A DNA stretch of 62,443 nucleotides, filler included, from a bacterium (GTDB lineage Bacteria > JADJOY01): the NCBI GenBank assembly GCA_046331705.1. It is 4 parts of 4 records of this genome, joined end to end, with 100 filler letters (N's around TTAATTAATTAA, not from the genome) between each part and the next. Parts side by side here need not be neighbours in the genome. Positions count along the whole stretch, not along the records: positions 1,536 to 25,910 come from JAXLQJ010000008.1; positions 26,011 to 32,294 come from JAXLQJ010000011.1; 2 more parts are not named here. One strand, 5' to 3'. How positions within the stretch are numbered: position 1 is the stretch's first letter; every line of letters begins with the position of its first letter. Below, in pieces: positions 20,601 through 31,056 of this stretch. Made by a program: the position numbers and the translations under genes. The notes under the pieces are model-generated. The model made no database searches. It had not been told where the DNA came from and saw only the letters and a program-made list of their open reading frames with translations.

Positions 20601-20948
20601 TCAGGCGACATCCAGCTCGCGCACGAAGCTCACCGCGATGCCGTGCCGTGAGCTCACGACCCCACCCACGCCGCCGTCGGCCACCATCACCGGCTCGACC
20701 CGCACCACGCGCGACGAGCAGCGCTCGGCGATGGGCGCCTCGGCGGGCCGCTCGGGATCGCCGAACCACAACAGCAGATCGACGTCACGTCCCGTGGGCA
20801 CGGCGCCCTGCGCGATCAGGTACGCGCCGCCCCGGCTCAGGTTCACGATCTGGGCGTCGCGCGTGAACTGGTGGCCGCTGGGATCGATTCCCTTGAGCGT
20901 GGCCTTGAGCTCGATCTTCCGTCGTTCGTGCCGCCGAAGGTCGCCCAT
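20601..20948 (-). CDS. Stand-alone PilZ domain protein
   Basis: RRHER (RxxxR) and NLSRGG (D/NxSxxG) c-di-GMP-binding motifs; AGGAGG upstream. Confidence 0.85.
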   Translation of the reverse strand: MGDLRRHERRKIELKATLKGIDPSGHQFTRDAQIVNLSRGGAYLIAQGAVPTGRDVDLLLWFGDPERPAEAPIAERCSSRVVRVEPVMVADGGVGGVVSSRHGIAVSFVRELDVA

Positions 20949-21164
20949 CCGTGCCTCCTCGCCTGCCGTCGATCGCGTGGAGGGCATTTACCACACGCGA
21001 TGCGCTCGAGTCGCCCGGGCCGGTCCTCGGGCGAATTGCCCGGCGGACCCTGGAAACACCAACGTCCGAGCGAAAACGAAGCGAACGACTTCGCAAGCGC
21101 CCGCAAGCCAAGGTACGATCGCGCGCCCAATCCTTCGCCCTCGAGCATCGGAACCCGGCCCGCC

Positions 21165-22355
21165 GTGAGCGATCCCTTCGAGCTGCTCCGCGACGAGCGC
21201 ATCCTCGACGTGCGCGCCGCCACCCATTCCTTCAACTGGATACTGGCGGCGGAGGGCCTGCTCCACCTCACCAACAAGCGGCTGGTGTTCGTGCCCACCG
21301 GCAAGCTCGACCGCAGCGTGGGCATCCACGAGGTCGCGGTGCCGTTGCGCAGCGTGCTCGACGTCGGCTTCGAAGGCGGCCGCGAGCCCAAGCTGGTGGT
21401 GAAGACCGAGGACAAGAAGTACGTCTTCCGCTTCGCCGAGGTGGCCGCCGCGTTCCTCGACGCCACCCAGGTCGCCATCGAGGAGCTGCGCCGCAAGCGC
21501 GCCGCGCCGGCGGCGGCACCCGCCGGTGCACGCGCGCACCACCCTCCGGCCGCGAGCGCGCCGCAGGGCGGGCCGCGCACCGGTCCCATCGAGCTCAGCA
21601 CCCACGGTCGCGCGGTGCTCATCCTCGGCGACACGGACTTCTACGACGTGTTGCTGAGCGAGCTGGTGAAGGAGGTCAAGGTGCCGGTGGTGCTCGCCAC
21701 CAGCGCCGCGCAGGCGCTCGAGCACGTCGTCGGCCAGCGCGGCGAGTTCGCGCTGGTGATCGTGAACCTCCTCGACTCGCGGCTCGGCGGCAACGAGCTG
21801 CTGGAACGCCTCGCCGACCCCTCGGTCTTCGTCGGTGCGCCGGTGTGGGTCATCGAGCCGCTCTTCGAGAAGCGCAGCGACGGCGAGCTGCAATCGCTCG
21901 GGGTCTCGGGCTTCCTCGACAAGTCGATCCTGCCCGGCGAGCTCGGCGATCTGGTGAACCGCCTGCTACGCGGCAACGAGACCCCGCCGCACCGGCGCCA
22001 CGCCCGCGTCTCGGTCCATTTCCCCGTCGAGTATCGCGCCGACGACCGCGTCCAGACCGCGTATGCGCGCACCATCGGCCTGGGCGGCTGTTTCCTCGAG
22101 ACTCCCGAGCCCAACCCGCTCGGCTCCGAGCTCAAGCTGCGCTTTCGCCTGCCCGCGCTCGAGATCATGCTCGAGCTCAGCGCCCGCGTCGTCTACGTTC
22201 GACCGAAGCGCGAGGAGGCACAGGCGTCCCGGGGGCCCGGCATGGGCCTCAAATTCGCCGACATCGGCGACATCGCACGCGACACGCTTCGCACCTACAT
22301 CGAGGAGCATCTCAAGTACAAGGTGAACGAGGCGACGGTTCCCTTCGGCCTATGA
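21165..22355 (+). CDS. PH/GRAM-like + pseudo-receiver + PilZ domain protein
   Basis: EGLLHLTNKRLVF (PH/GRAM-like); receiver-like core with FLDK; C-terminal RRHAR..GLGGCFL..LRFRLP..ARVVY..GMGLKF; start codon uncertain. Confidence 0.7.
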   Translation: MSDPFELLRDERILDVRAATHSFNWILAAEGLLHLTNKRLVFVPTGKLDRSVGIHEVAVPLRSVLDVGFEGGREPKLVVKTEDKKYVFRFAEVAAAFLDATQVAIEELRRKRAAPAAAPAGARAHHPPAASAPQGGPRTGPIELSTHGRAVLILGDTDFYDVLLSELVKEVKVPVVLATSAAQALEHVVGQRGEFALVIVNLLDSRLGGNELLERLADPSVFVGAPVWVIEPLFEKRSDGELQSLGVSGFLDKSILPGELGDLVNRLLRGNETPPHRRHARVSVHFPVEYRADDRVQTAYARTIGLGGCFLETPEPNPLGSELKLRFRLPALEIMLELSARVVYVRPKREEAQASRGPGMGLKFADIGDIARDTLRTYIEEHLKYKVNEATVPFGL

Positions 22356-22933
22356 GCGCCGACGCTCCCATCCCTGCGACCAAGCCCCGCTGGCCGCGAC
22401 GTCCCCCGCTCGAGCTGCCGCCCACCGTCGAGTGCCGCGGCTGCGGTCGCGTCGTGCCCCTCGACGGCCTCAAGCCGTACCGCCGCTTCTACTGCCGAGC
22501 GTGCTCGCAGATGATGCGGACCACGCCGCGGCAGCTCGCGTTCCGATTCACCGCCGACCACCGCCGCAACCAGCGCAACACGCTCTGGTTGCTGCTGGCC
22601 ATCCTCGCGCTCTTCCCGATCTGGGCGCTCGACAAGATGACGGGCCGATCCGAGCTCTGGGCGGCGAGCAAGGACGCCTACGTGTGGATCGCATGGGCCG
22701 TGGGGCTGGGGGGCGCCGTGGTGTTTCGTCTGCTGCGCCCGCTCAGCAACGACATCCAGTACTGGGGCGGCGTGCTGCTCCTCGTCTCGAACGCCGAGCG
22801 GCTCGCGATGAACTGGATGGGCTGGCGGATCGGGGCGCCCTTCGTGCTGCCGCCGCCGTGGTTCGGCCTCGCCAACGGCGCGGTGATGCTGATCTGCCTG
22901 CCGATCGCTCGCCGCATCTGGCCGTCGCGCTGA
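22352..22933 (+). CDS. Zinc-ribbon membrane protein, hypothetical
   Basis: CRGC and CRAC pairs followed by about four hydrophobic segments; ATGA overlap with the previous gene. Confidence 0.6.
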   Translation: MSADAPIPATKPRWPRRPPLELPPTVECRGCGRVVPLDGLKPYRRFYCRACSQMMRTTPRQLAFRFTADHRRNQRNTLWLLLAILALFPIWALDKMTGRSELWAASKDAYVWIAWAVGLGGAVVFRLLRPLSNDIQYWGGVLLLVSNAERLAMNWMGWRIGAPFVLPPPWFGLANGAVMLICLPIARRIWPSR

Positions 22934-23026
22934 GTCGGGCGTCGCGAGCTCGCTCGCGAACGCGAAGCGCGATCCGCCCGGGGGCCGTCGCAGAGCGGCG
23001 ACTCGATCCGAGCGGCGAGCGGGAGG

Positions 23027-24709
23027 TCAGAAATCGACCTTCATGCCGGGGATGAGCTCGCGGGCGCGCTCGAAGCACTCCTTGGCTTGGCGCAGGTCGC
23101 CCATGAACTTGAAGTTCTTCGCCTGCTGGACGTTGAAGGTGGCGGCGAACTTGATCTTGTCGGCGGGGATCACGGTGTCGCGGTACTTGCGCCGTGCCTC
23201 GGCGGTCTGGACGCTGCGGTAGGCGAGCTCGATGCGATCCAGCACCTCGCGGGTCTTGTCGCGAGTCTCCTGCGAGGCGGCCTGGATCTCCCGGCGTTCG
23301 AGCGCATACTCGCGCCGGAGCCGCTCGTAGCTCGACTGGATCTCGTGGTCGAGCGCGGTCCAGTGCACCTCGAGCACGTCGAAGTGCGTGGCACCGCGCA
23401 GCGTGCCCATCTTCTTGTCGACGTCGAGCGCCGCCTTGCTGGAGACGACGTCCATCTTCGCGTTCTCTTGGAACTTGACGATGCCCGTCACCACCAGCGC
23501 GTGCATGAGCTGCCAGGTCGAGGAGCCCTTGAGCGTCGAGTAGCCGATGATCTGTCGCAGCGTTCGCGAGCCGTCGATCACGCCGTCGAGAAAGCGGCGC
23601 TCGCGGTCGGCGAGCTTGAGCCGCTGCACGGCCTGCACCATGTCCGGGTTGTGGACGACGTAGCGGTCCTGGTCGCGCTCGAGCTCGAGGCGCGCCTTCT
23701 CCCACGGAAACTTGGTCTTGAGACCGAAGAAGAGCACTCGGCTCATGTCGATCTGGGTGAGCACCAGGTCGTCGCGCTCACGATCGTCGGCGGTGAAGGT
23801 GTAGGTGCCGCGGTCCCAGCCGAACACGTCCGAGATCCGCACCTCGACCAGCGTCCGCACGATCCCCTTGATCTGGAACTCGGTGAGACTGCCGAGCTCC
23901 ACCAGCACCAAGCCGAGGAGCAGGTTCTCCTTCTGCGCGATCTTCTGCGCCTCGGCGATGTCGCCGGGGCTCACCAGACCGCTGCGTTCGAGCGACTCAC
24001 CGAACTTGTACTTGGGGTTGGGCTCGCGGACGTAGTTGGGGTGTCCGCGGAAGAGATAGAGCTCGCGCCAGTCCTTGTCGGTCTCGATGCGGAGCAATCC
24101 GGTGCGCTTGTCGTTGTAGTAGTCGCGCAACAACCGGTAGATCGGCTCGTTCTTGAGGCTGCCGGTCTCGACCTTGCCCTTGGGCTGCCACGGCGCGGCG
24201 CGCTTGCGGCGCGCCGGCATGGGCGCCGGTACGGGCTCGCCTTCGGGTGCTCCGTCCAGATCGAGGCGCTCCAGGAACTCGGCCTCCACCTCCGCTTGGC
24301 GCTTCACCGCCGACGGGGTGGGATCGTGGCCAGGCTCGGCGCCGGCCCGGATCGCGTCCTTCACCCAGGTCGCGGGGTTGGCGACGACCTCGTCGGTCTT
24401 CACCTCGACGAACGGCACCTCCGCATTCGCCCCCGGCGGACGCGTGTGCCGAGCCTGCGGCGGCGCGGCGGCGGGCGGCGCCCTACGCGCGCTCTCGCCG
24501 GGCGCCAGCAACACGCCGGCGTCTCGCAAGCGCGTGACCGCGGCCAGCACCTGGTCGCGCGGGAGCGGCGCCGACTTCACGATCGCATCGACGGTTCGCG
24601 AGCCGTCGACGAGTGACAGCACCAAGCCGTCCGCGGACGTGAGACGCACGCCTTTGAGCGCGCCCATGTCGACGCGCAACTGCATTCCCGAGAGGGCTGG
24701 ATCGCTCAT
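23027..24709 (-). CDS. DUF4388-like domain protein with C-terminal J-domain-like region and TPR helix
   Basis: GSLKNEPIYRLL..RTGLLRI..LYLFRGHP, VFGWDRGTYTF; HFDVLEV..EIQSSY..L....I.LAY......RRKY. Confidence 0.7.
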   Translation of the reverse strand: MSDPALSGMQLRVDMGALKGVRLTSADGLVLSLVDGSRTVDAIVKSAPLPRDQVLAAVTRLRDAGVLLAPGESARRAPPAAAPPQARHTRPPGANAEVPFVEVKTDEVVANPATWVKDAIRAGAEPGHDPTPSAVKRQAEVEAEFLERLDLDGAPEGEPVPAPMPARRKRAAPWQPKGKVETGSLKNEPIYRLLRDYYNDKRTGLLRIETDKDWRELYLFRGHPNYVREPNPKYKFGESLERSGLVSPGDIAEAQKIAQKENLLLGLVLVELGSLTEFQIKGIVRTLVEVRISDVFGWDRGTYTFTADDRERDDLVLTQIDMSRVLFFGLKTKFPWEKARLELERDQDRYVVHNPDMVQAVQRLKLADRERRFLDGVIDGSRTLRQIIGYSTLKGSSTWQLMHALVVTGIVKFQENAKMDVVSSKAALDVDKKMGTLRGATHFDVLEVHWTALDHEIQSSYERLRREYALERREIQAASQETRDKTREVLDRIELAYRSVQTAEARRKYRDTVIPADKIKFAATFNVQQAKNFKFMGDLRQAKECFERARELIPGMKVDF

Positions 24710-24810
24710 GGATGGACGCCGCGTTGGATCTTACCCGAGACGAATCGTGGGACGAGTCGGGATTTCGGGCGGCCGCCCACGTCTCGCGCGCCCCCCCCGA
24801 ACACCTGAGC

Positions 24811-25749
24811 TCAGGGCACCACCTTGTTGAGCGGGTACTCGATGATGCCGGTCGCGCCGAGCTGCTTGAGCCGCGGCACCAGGTCGCGCACCAGCGGCTC
24901 GTCCACCACCACCTCCAGGCTGAACCAACCCGGATCGGAGAGCGTCGCCAGCGTGGGCGTGTGCATCGCGGGCAGCAGCGCTTGCACCTCCGCGAGCTGC
25001 TTCTGGGGGACGTTCATCTTGAGGCCGACCTTGGTCTCGGCCCGCAGCGCGCCGCCCAGCAACAGCGCCAGGCTCTCCATCTTGCGGCGCTTCCAGGGAT
25101 CGCGCCACGAATCGCGGTTGGCGATGAGCAGCGTGGTGGATTCGAGGATGGTCTCCACGATCCGCAGGTGATTGGCGCGCAGCGAGCTGCCCGTTTCCGT
25201 CAGCTCGACGATCGCGTCCGCCAGCTCGGGCGGCTTCACCTCGGTGGCGCCCCAGGAGAACTCGACCCGCGCCGACACGCCGCGGCTCTTCAAGTACCGT
25301 TTGGTGAAGCCCACCAGCTCGGTCGCGATTCGCTTCCCCTTCAGATCCGAGACCTTCTGAATCGACGAGTCCTCGGGGACCGCGATCACCCAGCGGACCT
25401 TGCCGAGGCCGGCGCGGGCGTACTGGAGCTCGGCGACCTCGTGGACCTTGGCGTTCTGCTCGAGCACCCAGTCGCGGCCGGTGAGGCCCACGTCGAGCAG
25501 CCCGTCCTCGACGTAGCGCGCCATCTCCTGGGCGCGGATGAGCCGAGCCTGGATCTCCGTGTCGTCGATGGGCGGGTAGTAGCCGCGCCCGCTCGTGACC
25601 ACGTTCCAGCCGGCCTTGGCGAAGAGCCGGACGGTGGCGTCCTGCAGGCTGCCCTTGGGCAAGCCGAGCCTGAGAAGCGGTGCGGAAGCGGCCGCCTGCT
25701 TGGTGGCGGCCGCGCTCGACGAGCGCGCGCCGGATCGAGAACGTGCCAT
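24811..25749 (-). CDS. hisG: ATP phosphoribosyltransferase (long form)
   Basis: [43 protein letters not shown]-terminal regulatory domain. Confidence 0.95.
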   Translation of the reverse strand: MARSRSGARSSSAAATKQAAASAPLLRLGLPKGSLQDATVRLFAKAGWNVVTSGRGYYPPIDDTEIQARLIRAQEMARYVEDGLLDVGLTGRDWVLEQNAKVHEVAELQYARAGLGKVRWVIAVPEDSSIQKVSDLKGKRIATELVGFTKRYLKSRGVSARVEFSWGATEVKPPELADAIVELTETGSSLRANHLRIVETILESTTLLIANRDSWRDPWKRRKMESLALLLGGALRAETKVGLKMNVPQKQLAEVQALLPAMHTPTLATLSDPGWFSLEVVVDEPLVRDLVPRLKQLGATGIIEYPLNKVVP

Positions 25750-25910
25750 GCCGAACCCTCGTGAATGCCGCGCGCGACATGCGCTACGGGCGCGTCGAAA
25801 CGGTCGTGAGCGCGGAAGCCTAGCGTGCGCCGAGACCCGTGTCTCGGCGCGCCCAAGCGACTGGCCCTCCGACTGCGCGAGGTCCAGCACCCACCGTGCG
25901 TCTTCGGCAC

Positions 25911-26010
25911 NNNNNNNNNNNNNNNNNNNNNNNNNNNNNNNNNNNNNNNNNNNNTTAATTAATTAANNNNNNNNNNNNNNNNNNNNNNNNNNNNNNNNNN
26001 NNNNNNNNNN
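25911..26010. other. Artificial contig linker
   Basis: N44-TTAATTAATTAA-N44. Confidence 0.98.
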
Positions 26011-28082
26011 GCCACGCCCTGGTAGAGCGGCACGCGCGGGTCCGTCGGATCGATGAGCCGTGCGCGCCCGAGCACGTCGCTCGCACCTTGCCAGGCGGTG
26101 CGCTCGATGCGCTGCCAGCCCAGCCTGAGCAACGGCGCCGCCGTGGTGTGGACGAGCTGTCGAGCGATCGAGAGCTGTTCCTCGGCTCGGTCGCGCTGGC
26201 CGGACTTGGCGTAGAGATCCGCGAGCGCCTCTTGCGCCTCGAGCGAGCGGGGATCCGCGGCAACGGCCTGCTCCAGGATCCCGAGCGCCTTGGAGGCGTC
26301 GCCGAACCAGAGCTCGAGATCGACCTGGAGCAGCGCCTGCTCGGTACCCTTGGTGACGGAGACGGCCTTCTCGAGCGCCGCGCGGGCGCCCTGGCGCAGT
26401 CGTTGCGCGAGCGCGTCCAGCTGATCGGCGCGCGCGGTGTCGGCGGCGCTCGGCGGGTAGCAGGTCGTCTGCGTCACGCGATAGACGCCGTCGCTGCGCG
26501 TCTCGTCGTGGCTCGAGCTCGAGCAGCGCTCCTGGCGCAGGCTCGACGCCTCGGCGCTGGCGCGGTTGGCGCGCCGCGCCCGGAAACGAGCGGCCAGCGC
26601 GAGCGCCTCGGGGTCGTCGTGGGCGAGGGCAACCCCCTTCTCGGCGAGGGATTCGGCCTCGTCGCCGCGCGCGAGGCCGTCGAGGGCCATGGCCTTCCAG
26701 ATCAGCGCGCGGGGATGGTCGGCCTTGATCGCGAGCGCGTCGTCGAGGACCCGCACCGCATGCTCGAGCTCGTCCGTGCGCGACAGCTGCCAGCGGTACG
26801 TCTCGACCGCGCGCCGTGGCTCCACGGCTTCGCCGCGGTTCTCGGATTCGCTCACCAGGAAACGCGCCACCTCGACGCGCTTGTCGGCGCTCTTGGGATC
26901 GGCGCGCACGGCGTCCTCCCGGCTGCGCAGACCGTCCTGATAGCTCTCGTCGTAGCGCAGCCGGCGCCGCGCGTCGGCAGCGACGAGCCGTGCCGCCACT
27001 TCCGCCAGCTCGTTCCCGGGACCGGACGCGCGGGCGAGGGCCTCGAGCTGGGCGGTGAGGGCGGCTGGATCGCCGTCGCTGCGGTGGCGCGCGAGCTCGG
27101 CGCGGATCGCGGGCTTGGCGGTGTCGGCGGCGTCGTCGTCCAGTCGCGCGGCCATCGCGAGATCCGCCTCGGCGCGCTTGTCGTCTCCCGTGCGCGCTGC
27201 CGCGAGCGCCCGCGACAGGTACGCCGCCGCGAAATCGGTGCGCCGGGTCAGCGCGATGGTCAGCTCGCGGCGTGCGGTCGCCGGTCGGCCCAGCGCGAGC
27301 CACGAGTCGCCGATCCAGTAGCGGACCTCGGGATCGCCGGGGTAGGCGTCGCGGGCGTGTGCGAGCTCGTCGAGCGCCTCGCCGTAGCGTTGCTGGTCGT
27401 GAAGGGCGCGACCGCGAGCGAGGTGCGCGGGCGCCAGGTCGGCGCGCGAGGACTTGAGGTTCGCGAACCACGCACCCGCGCGCCGCATCGCCTCGCGAAT
27501 CTCGGGGCGCTGGGCTGGAGCGGGATCGCCGGCGCCACCCATGTCGGGCGGGAGTCGCGCGGTCTGAAATCGCATCGCGAGGTCGTAGATCACGAAGCTC
27601 GCGTAGTCGGTCGGGTAGTCGTCGCGGCCTTGTGCGAGGTGGCCGGGGATGCTCACCAGCCCCGGCCGGTCGCTCCGCAACGAACGCGGACCTCCGCCGA
27701 GCGCATGGTCGGGCCCGACCTGACCGCTCATGGCCTCCGCGACGTAGGTCCAGAGCTCGGGCTCGCGGCCGCGCACGCCGAGCTTGGTGGCGCGCTCGAG
27801 ATCGGCGAGCGCCTCGCCGAACTGCAGGGCCAGCGTTCGCGCCACCGCGCGGGCCAGCACGAAGCTCGCGTCGTCGCCGCGTGTTTCGAGCGCTCGGGAG
27901 AACGCGTTCGCCGCGTCGGCCGCGCGGCCGGCGCGCAGCGCGTCGAGGCCTTCGAGATAAGCGGCCAGCGCCGGCGACGTGCTCGCTGCCGGCGGTTCCG
28001 CCGCTGCGCCCAACGTCGCCGCGCCGGCGGCGATCGCCGTTGCCATCGCCAGCGTGATCGCCCAGCGCCGGGTGCTTCCCAT
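26011..28082 (-). CDS. Secreted TPR-repeat protein (3' end truncated by linker)
   Basis: Signal peptide; many TPR motifs such as YPGDPEVRYWIGDSWLALGR and DPRSLEAQEALADLYAKSGQ. Confidence 0.75.
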
Positions 28083-28257
28083 CTCGTTCTCCCTGTGGTC
28101 GCGAGCTCGTGCTCACGGTAGCGTGGTCCAGTGCGCGATCGGAAGCGGCGCGGATGATCGCGGGGAGGACCGCGGGGATGCGCGTGGCGCTCCGGCGCCC
28201 CAACGCGACGCTCCTCGGCGATGACCGGCAGGCGCGGCTCCAGGACGGGAGGCGACG

Positions 28258-28707
28258 ATGGCGGATCCGATCCAGGCCATGACCGTGCGGGAGGTCGAGA
28301 TCGACGGGAAGCGCTTGCCGCCGCACACCGTGGTGTGGGTGTGGGGCAAGTCGGCCGGTCAGGCACAGATCGAGTTCAAGAAGTGGCGTGGTTTGGTGCC
28401 GGTCACGGCGCTCGTGCGCTACCCGGTGGAAAGCCCGCCGCTCGAGGAGCTGCGCAAGCTCGACGGTTGCTTCGGGATGCCGGACGAGGCGTTCGAGGTC
28501 GTGCATCGGGACGACGTCCATTGCTTCGAGCTGCTGCGATGTCGGGCCCACGGACGTCGTTTCTTGCGCGATACCCGCGGCACCATCGGCTGGTACTCGA
28601 TCGTGACGTTGCTCCGCGACGACGAGCGCGGCGCGCCGGAGGACCTGTGGCGGCGCTATCACGCGCAGGACGACAGCGAGCTTCGCCTCGCGGGTCGTAG
28701 CTCGTGA
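28258..28707 (+). CDS. Hypothetical protein
   Basis: GGAGG ribosome-binding site; protein-like composition; no family recognised. Confidence 0.6.
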   Translation: MADPIQAMTVREVEIDGKRLPPHTVVWVWGKSAGQAQIEFKKWRGLVPVTALVRYPVESPPLEELRKLDGCFGMPDEAFEVVHRDDVHCFELLRCRAHGRRFLRDTRGTIGWYSIVTLLRDDERGAPEDLWRRYHAQDDSELRLAGRSS

Positions 28708-28829
28708 GCCGGCGCCGCGCACCGCTCGTGGCGCGTCGATCCCCGAGCCGATTCCAGCCTCTTTCCTTGGGCGAGCGAAACCACTAGCGTCAGCGCTCGG
28801 CCCGCGCCTCGCGTGCGAGGGAGACATCC

Positions 28830-30530
28830 ATGTCGAAGAAGCACTTCCGGCCCGATTGGTCGGAGCAGCCGCCTGCGCCCGGCACGTACCGCTCGATCGC
28901 GAAGTACGGCGACCCCAAGGCTTTCAAGCATCCGAGCGACGCCTGGGTGCGCATGATGCAAGCCGAGTTCGGGCTGAGCGATGGCCACTTCGCGCGGAAG
29001 CAGCACGAGGGGAACGAGCGGGTCGTGCTGAATCGGCCTCCCGCGCTGCGCCCGGAGCAGATCGAGGCGCTCGGCGCGATCGTGGGCGGCGAGAACGTCG
29101 CGCTCGACGACTATTCGCGGGTCAAGTACTCGTCGGGCAAGACCTCCGAGGAGATCCTGGAGACGCGCCAGGGGACGATCCGCGAGGTCGCGGACGTGGT
29201 GGTCCATCCGCGCGACAAGCACGACGTCCAGAAGATCGTCCGGTACTGCAACGCCCAGCGCATCCCGATCACGGTCTTCGCCGCCGGTTCGTCGGTGAAC
29301 TTCGGTTGCCGCCCCTACAAGGGTGGCGTGTCGCTGGCGCTCGGCACGCACATGAACAAGCTGCTCGCCGTGAACGAGCTCAATCAGACCGCGCGCGTCG
29401 AGCCCGGCATGTTCGGCCCCGCTTACGAGGACGCCCTCAACCACGCGCCCGAGCGCTTCGGCGCGAAGCGGCGCTACACGTGCGGGCATTTCCCGCAGTC
29501 GTTCGAGTACTCGACCGTCGGAGGCTGGGTGGTCACCCTCGGCTCCGGCCAGGCCTCCACCTACTACGGCGACGCCTACGACATCGTGTTCGCGCAGGAA
29601 TACGTGACTCCCGTCGGCAGCTTCCGGACGATCGAGGTTCCCGCCACCGCGACCGGGCCGCGCCTCAACGACATCATGAAGGGCTCGGAAGGAAGCTTCG
29701 GCATCCTCGTCGAAGTGACCATGAAGATCTTCCGGTTCATGCCGGAGAATCGCCGCTACTTCAGCTTCATGTATCCGAGCTGGGACGCGGCGGTGAACGC
29801 GAGCCGCGAGATCCTGCAGGGCGAGTTCGGCAAGCCCGCGATCTACCGCATCTCGGACCCCGAAGAGACGGACCGGGGGCTCAAGCTCTACGGGATGCCG
29901 TCGTTCGTGGACCCGATCCTGATCCGGCGCGGCCTCAAGCCCATGGAGCGTTGCCTGAGCCTCGGCAACGTCGAAGGCGACGCCGACTACACGCGGCTGG
30001 TGGTCAGGAAGATCAAGGCCATCGCACGCCAGCACGGCGCCATGTCGCTCGGCACGTACGCCGCGAAGAAATGGGAGCACACGCGTTACGCCGAGCCCTA
30101 CATGCGTGAGGACCTCAACGACTACGGCATCCTGATCGACACGCTGGAGGCGGGTGTCTCGTGGGACAACCTCCACCGCCTGCACCAAGGCGTGCGCGCG
30201 TTCGTGAAGAGTCGCCCGGCCACGATGTGCATGACGCACGCGTCCCACTTCTACCCGCAGGGCACCAACCTCTACTTCATCTTCATCGCGAAGATGGACC
30301 TCGACGAGTACGTGCCGTTCCAGAAGGGGATCATCGACGCCATCGTGAAGTTCGGCGGCACGCTCAGCCACCACCACGGAGTCGGGCGGTTGCTCGCCCC
30401 ATGGATGGAGGAGCACCTGGGTGCCGAGCAGATGGCGGTGCTGCGCGCGTTGAAGCGCCACTTCGATCCCAACGGCATCATGAACCCCGGCGGCCAGCTG
30501 GCTCTCGACGAGATCCCGCCGCGGCGGTGA
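28830..30530 (+). CDS. FAD-binding oxidoreductase, alkyl-dihydroxyacetonephosphate synthase-like (VAO/PCMH family)
   Basis: GHFPQSFEYSTVGGWV, GSGQASTYYG, GSEGSFGI, RISDPEET, HASHFY..GTNLYF, SHHHGVG, FDPNGIMNPG. Confidence 0.88.
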   Translation: MSKKHFRPDWSEQPPAPGTYRSIAKYGDPKAFKHPSDAWVRMMQAEFGLSDGHFARKQHEGNERVVLNRPPALRPEQIEALGAIVGGENVALDDYSRVKYSSGKTSEEILETRQGTIREVADVVVHPRDKHDVQKIVRYCNAQRIPITVFAAGSSVNFGCRPYKGGVSLALGTHMNKLLAVNELNQTARVEPGMFGPAYEDALNHAPERFGAKRRYTCGHFPQSFEYSTVGGWVVTLGSGQASTYYGDAYDIVFAQEYVTPVGSFRTIEVPATATGPRLNDIMKGSEGSFGILVEVTMKIFRFMPENRRYFSFMYPSWDAAVNASREILQGEFGKPAIYRISDPEETDRGLKLYGMPSFVDPILIRRGLKPMERCLSLGNVEGDADYTRLVVRKIKAIARQHGAMSLGTYAAKKWEHTRYAEPYMREDLNDYGILIDTLEAGVSWDNLHRLHQGVRAFVKSRPATMCMTHASHFYPQGTNLYFIFIAKMDLDEYVPFQKGIIDAIVKFGGTLSHHHGVGRLLAPWMEEHLGAEQMAVLRALKRHFDPNGIMNPGGQLALDEIPPRR

Positions 30531-30588
30531 GCGCGGGCACGTTCCGCGTCGGAGATCCGATGGCGGACCGCGCTGCCGCCGGTGCGAC

Positions 30589-31056
30589 TCAAGTCGCGAT
30601 CGCGTGGTAGATGCTCGCGACCGCCATGCCCATCACGATCACCGCGCCGATCGTCCAGCAGGCGGCCCGCGTCTCGTGGGAGCGCGCCGTCAGGTACGCG
30701 GCGAAATGCGCCAGACGGCTCGCGACGTACCCGTAGAAGAGCGCGCTCGCGAGCGCCACGGACGGCTGCGTGGTCACGTAGATCAGGCCCGCCGCCAGGA
30801 ACGCGGGAACGTTCTCGAGGTCGTTCTGGTGGATGCGACGAATCCGATCGACGTAGTCGTTGGGCCTGGTCTGGTCGGGGCTTGGATTGGGGTTGAGCAA
30901 CGACTTGCGGGTGTCCTCGGGACTTCGGAAGCCGCCGTTGGCTCTGATCATCCGGTACACCGTGAGCCAGGCCATCGCGAGCATCTTGAGGACCATCAGT
31001 CCCGCGGCGATGACGTAGGCCCGGAACACGGGATTCTCGAGGGTGAGCGTGCTCAT
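30589..31056 (-). CDS. MAPEG family protein (MGST1-like)
   Basis: FRSPED, VDRIRRIHQNDLENVPAF, SRLAH; four TM segments; ATGA overlap with the TetR stop. Confidence 0.88.
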   Translation of the reverse strand: MSTLTLENPVFRAYVIAAGLMVLKMLAMAWLTVYRMIRANGGFRSPEDTRKSLLNPNPSPDQTRPNDYVDRIRRIHQNDLENVPAFLAAGLIYVTTQPSVALASALFYGYVASRLAHFAAYLTARSHETRAACWTIGAVIVMGMAVASIYHAIAT

